A stretch of DNA of 64,000 nucleotides. Origin: an uncultured virus (IMG/VR IMGVR_UViG_3300030707_000002). Its lineage: Duplodnaviria > Heunggongvirae > Uroviricota > Caudoviricetes. The stretch lies in the IMG/VR virus record IMGVR_UViG_3300030707_000002. One strand, 5' to 3'. This document shows, in pieces, positions 62,904-64,000 of this stretch (position 1 is the stretch's first letter; every line of letters begins with the position of its first letter). Under the pieces are notes generated by a model. That model was not told the origin of the DNA and did no database searches. It saw only the letters and a program-made list of their open reading frames with translations. Position numbers and translations under genes: made by a program.

Positions 62904-62997
62904 TCGACTTTTTGAACCTGTCTCGTGGAAGTCTTGGGTGCCCGACGTGGCCACGGAAGTAAGGGTCGACGGAAACGTGGCAGGTTCAAACGGTCGA
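62904..62997 (+). ncRNA. candidate structured non-coding element (long hairpin)
   Basis: 23-position stem 62904-62926/62975-62997 with 2 G-U and 2 mismatches, in an intergenic gap. Confidence 0.45.
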
Positions 62998-63037
62998 TCG
63001 GCGGAGACTCGGTAAATTGCGCGCGAAGGGAGACGAG

Positions 63038-63271
63038 ATGGCCGAGATTGATGTGGAGGGGAGTCCGTGGTCGGCCTTGTGCCGACTCCTCTGGTGCTGG
63101 CTACGTCGCCACCCACGACGGTACATCTCGTGGTGGCTGGTGAAGCCCACGCGCGAAGGCGGCTGCCTCACCAGCTCCGGCCCCACGTCGGGTCACGACG
63201 TAGCCCCATTCGTGGCGGTGACCTGGACATGCCCAACTTGTGGGCGGCTTCGACTCGATCAGGTGACGTAA
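63038..63271 (+). CDS. small protein with C-H-CxxC
   Basis: AGGGAG SD. Confidence 0.55.
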   Translation: MAEIDVEGSPWSALCRLLWCWLRRHPRRYISWWLVKPTREGGCLTSSGPTSGHDVAPFVAVTWTCPTCGRLRLDQVT

Positions 63272-63294
63272 CGGTGCGCGCGAAGGAGGCTTAG

Positions 63295-63813
63295 ATGATG
63301 AACACGTGGATTCTATTAGGTGGAATGATCATCACGTGGGCTCTCTCCTATGTTGCCGGTCACATGCGCGGCTTACGCATAGGCGAAGACCGAGGCCGAC
63401 AGGCAGGACGAGACTACGAACGAAAGGAACGAGAGTCGTATTGGCCAAAAGACCCTCCGGAGACTCTTCGTTGGGGATCCGGCGGACCGCATCTTGAATA
63501 CGACTGCGGGCCGTGCGTGAAGTACGTCCGCGAAGATGTAGTATGTGCGCAGCCGGCTGCGTCTCTCGCGGTTGGCTTGCCACCTGTACGCGGACGTGGT
63601 TCGAGCGCGTTCCGTGGATTCCCGAACGCATGCGCGGTGCGTGAGCGTACGGCGGATGGGACGCCCGTTGGCCGCTGTTACTTCCACACGGAAAACGGCG
63701 TGTGCCCTCGACATGGTAACGTGAGTATGGTGCAGGAGGAGTACGTGCGAACCGGACGTCTGACTGACGAGGGCGACCTGGACAAAATGAGGAAGGACCA
63801 GGCGAAGAGGTGA
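63295..63813 (+). CDS. membrane-anchored Cys-rich protein
   Basis: AAGGAGG SD; N-terminal TM; C.VRE...GRC...CPRHG. Confidence 0.65.
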   Translation: MMNTWILLGGMIITWALSYVAGHMRGLRIGEDRGRQAGRDYERKERESYWPKDPPETLRWGSGGPHLEYDCGPCVKYVREDVVCAQPAASLAVGLPPVRGRGSSAFRGFPNACAVRERTADGTPVGRCYFHTENGVCPRHGNVSMVQEEYVRTGRLTDEGDLDKMRKDQAKR

Positions 63814-63941
63814 TGCCGTACCGAATCAAAACCGTGGGCGGTTGGTGGGTCTGGGTTCCTGCACCAGGACGCAGCGGCTTCCCGACGATGGGGCACGGTC
63901 ACTACGTGTACGAACAGGGCGACGGTTGCGTGGTAGCCTAG
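63813..63941 (+). CDS. small hypothetical protein
   Basis: GAGGT SD, TGATG coupling. Confidence 0.4.
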   Translation: MPYRIKTVGGWWVWVPAPGRSGFPTMGHGHYVYEQGDGCVVA

Positions 63942-64000
63942 GCTCTCGATGGCTCCGTCGCCCCAGGTTCTCCAAGCACTGCTCGCGGACGCTCGGCGCG

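Noticed and set aside
62904..62997. SRP (4.5S) RNA or tRNA
   Set aside because: Lacks the SRP helix-8 CAGG/AGCA internal loop and a cloverleaf, despite GGTTCAAA resembling a T-loop.
1..64000. Alternative genetic code (stop recoding)
   Set aside because: TGA, TAG and TAA all end recognisable proteins at expected positions, and conserved enzymes are uninterrupted.

Overview
This high-GC window is read as the early and DNA-replication region of a large dsDNA bacteriophage or phage-like element. It is densely packed with short genes, most joined by ATGA/GTGA overlaps. They fall into six alternating blocks: minus 1-13758, plus 13863-21747, minus 21757-35103, plus 35300-38466, minus 38503-46285 and plus 46356-64000. 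Divergent sigma70-like promoter regions lie at about 13.8, 35.2 and 46.3 kb. Replication and recombination genes are a DnaG-type primase fused to an ATPase domain, SF1 (UvrD), SF2 and DinG helicases, a probable SSB, a RecB-like PD-(D/E)XK nuclease, ParB-like and HerA-like proteins, and a candidate iteron origin next to the primase. Nucleotide-handling genes are ThyX, PyrE, MazG-like, Nudix, oligoribonuclease and a metallophosphoesterase. Also present are three DNA methyltransferases, three HNH nucleases, two AbiEii-like nucleotidyltransferases and an Acb2/Tad1-like anti-defence protein. I recognised no structural genes, DNA polymerase, integrase, tRNA or CRISPR array. The most unusual observations are: (1) a shared acidic C-terminal tail, [DE]-rich-DP[LF][STA]-stop, on six unrelated proteins of the replication region; (2) short direct repeats at gene junctions that bracket individual genes; (3) a stand-alone RuvA domain III with a hydrophobic N-terminus; (4) a roughly 50-aa module fused to three unrelated proteins; (5) a long non-coding hairpin at 62.9 kb. 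All family calls come from recognising motifs by eye, not from database searches.
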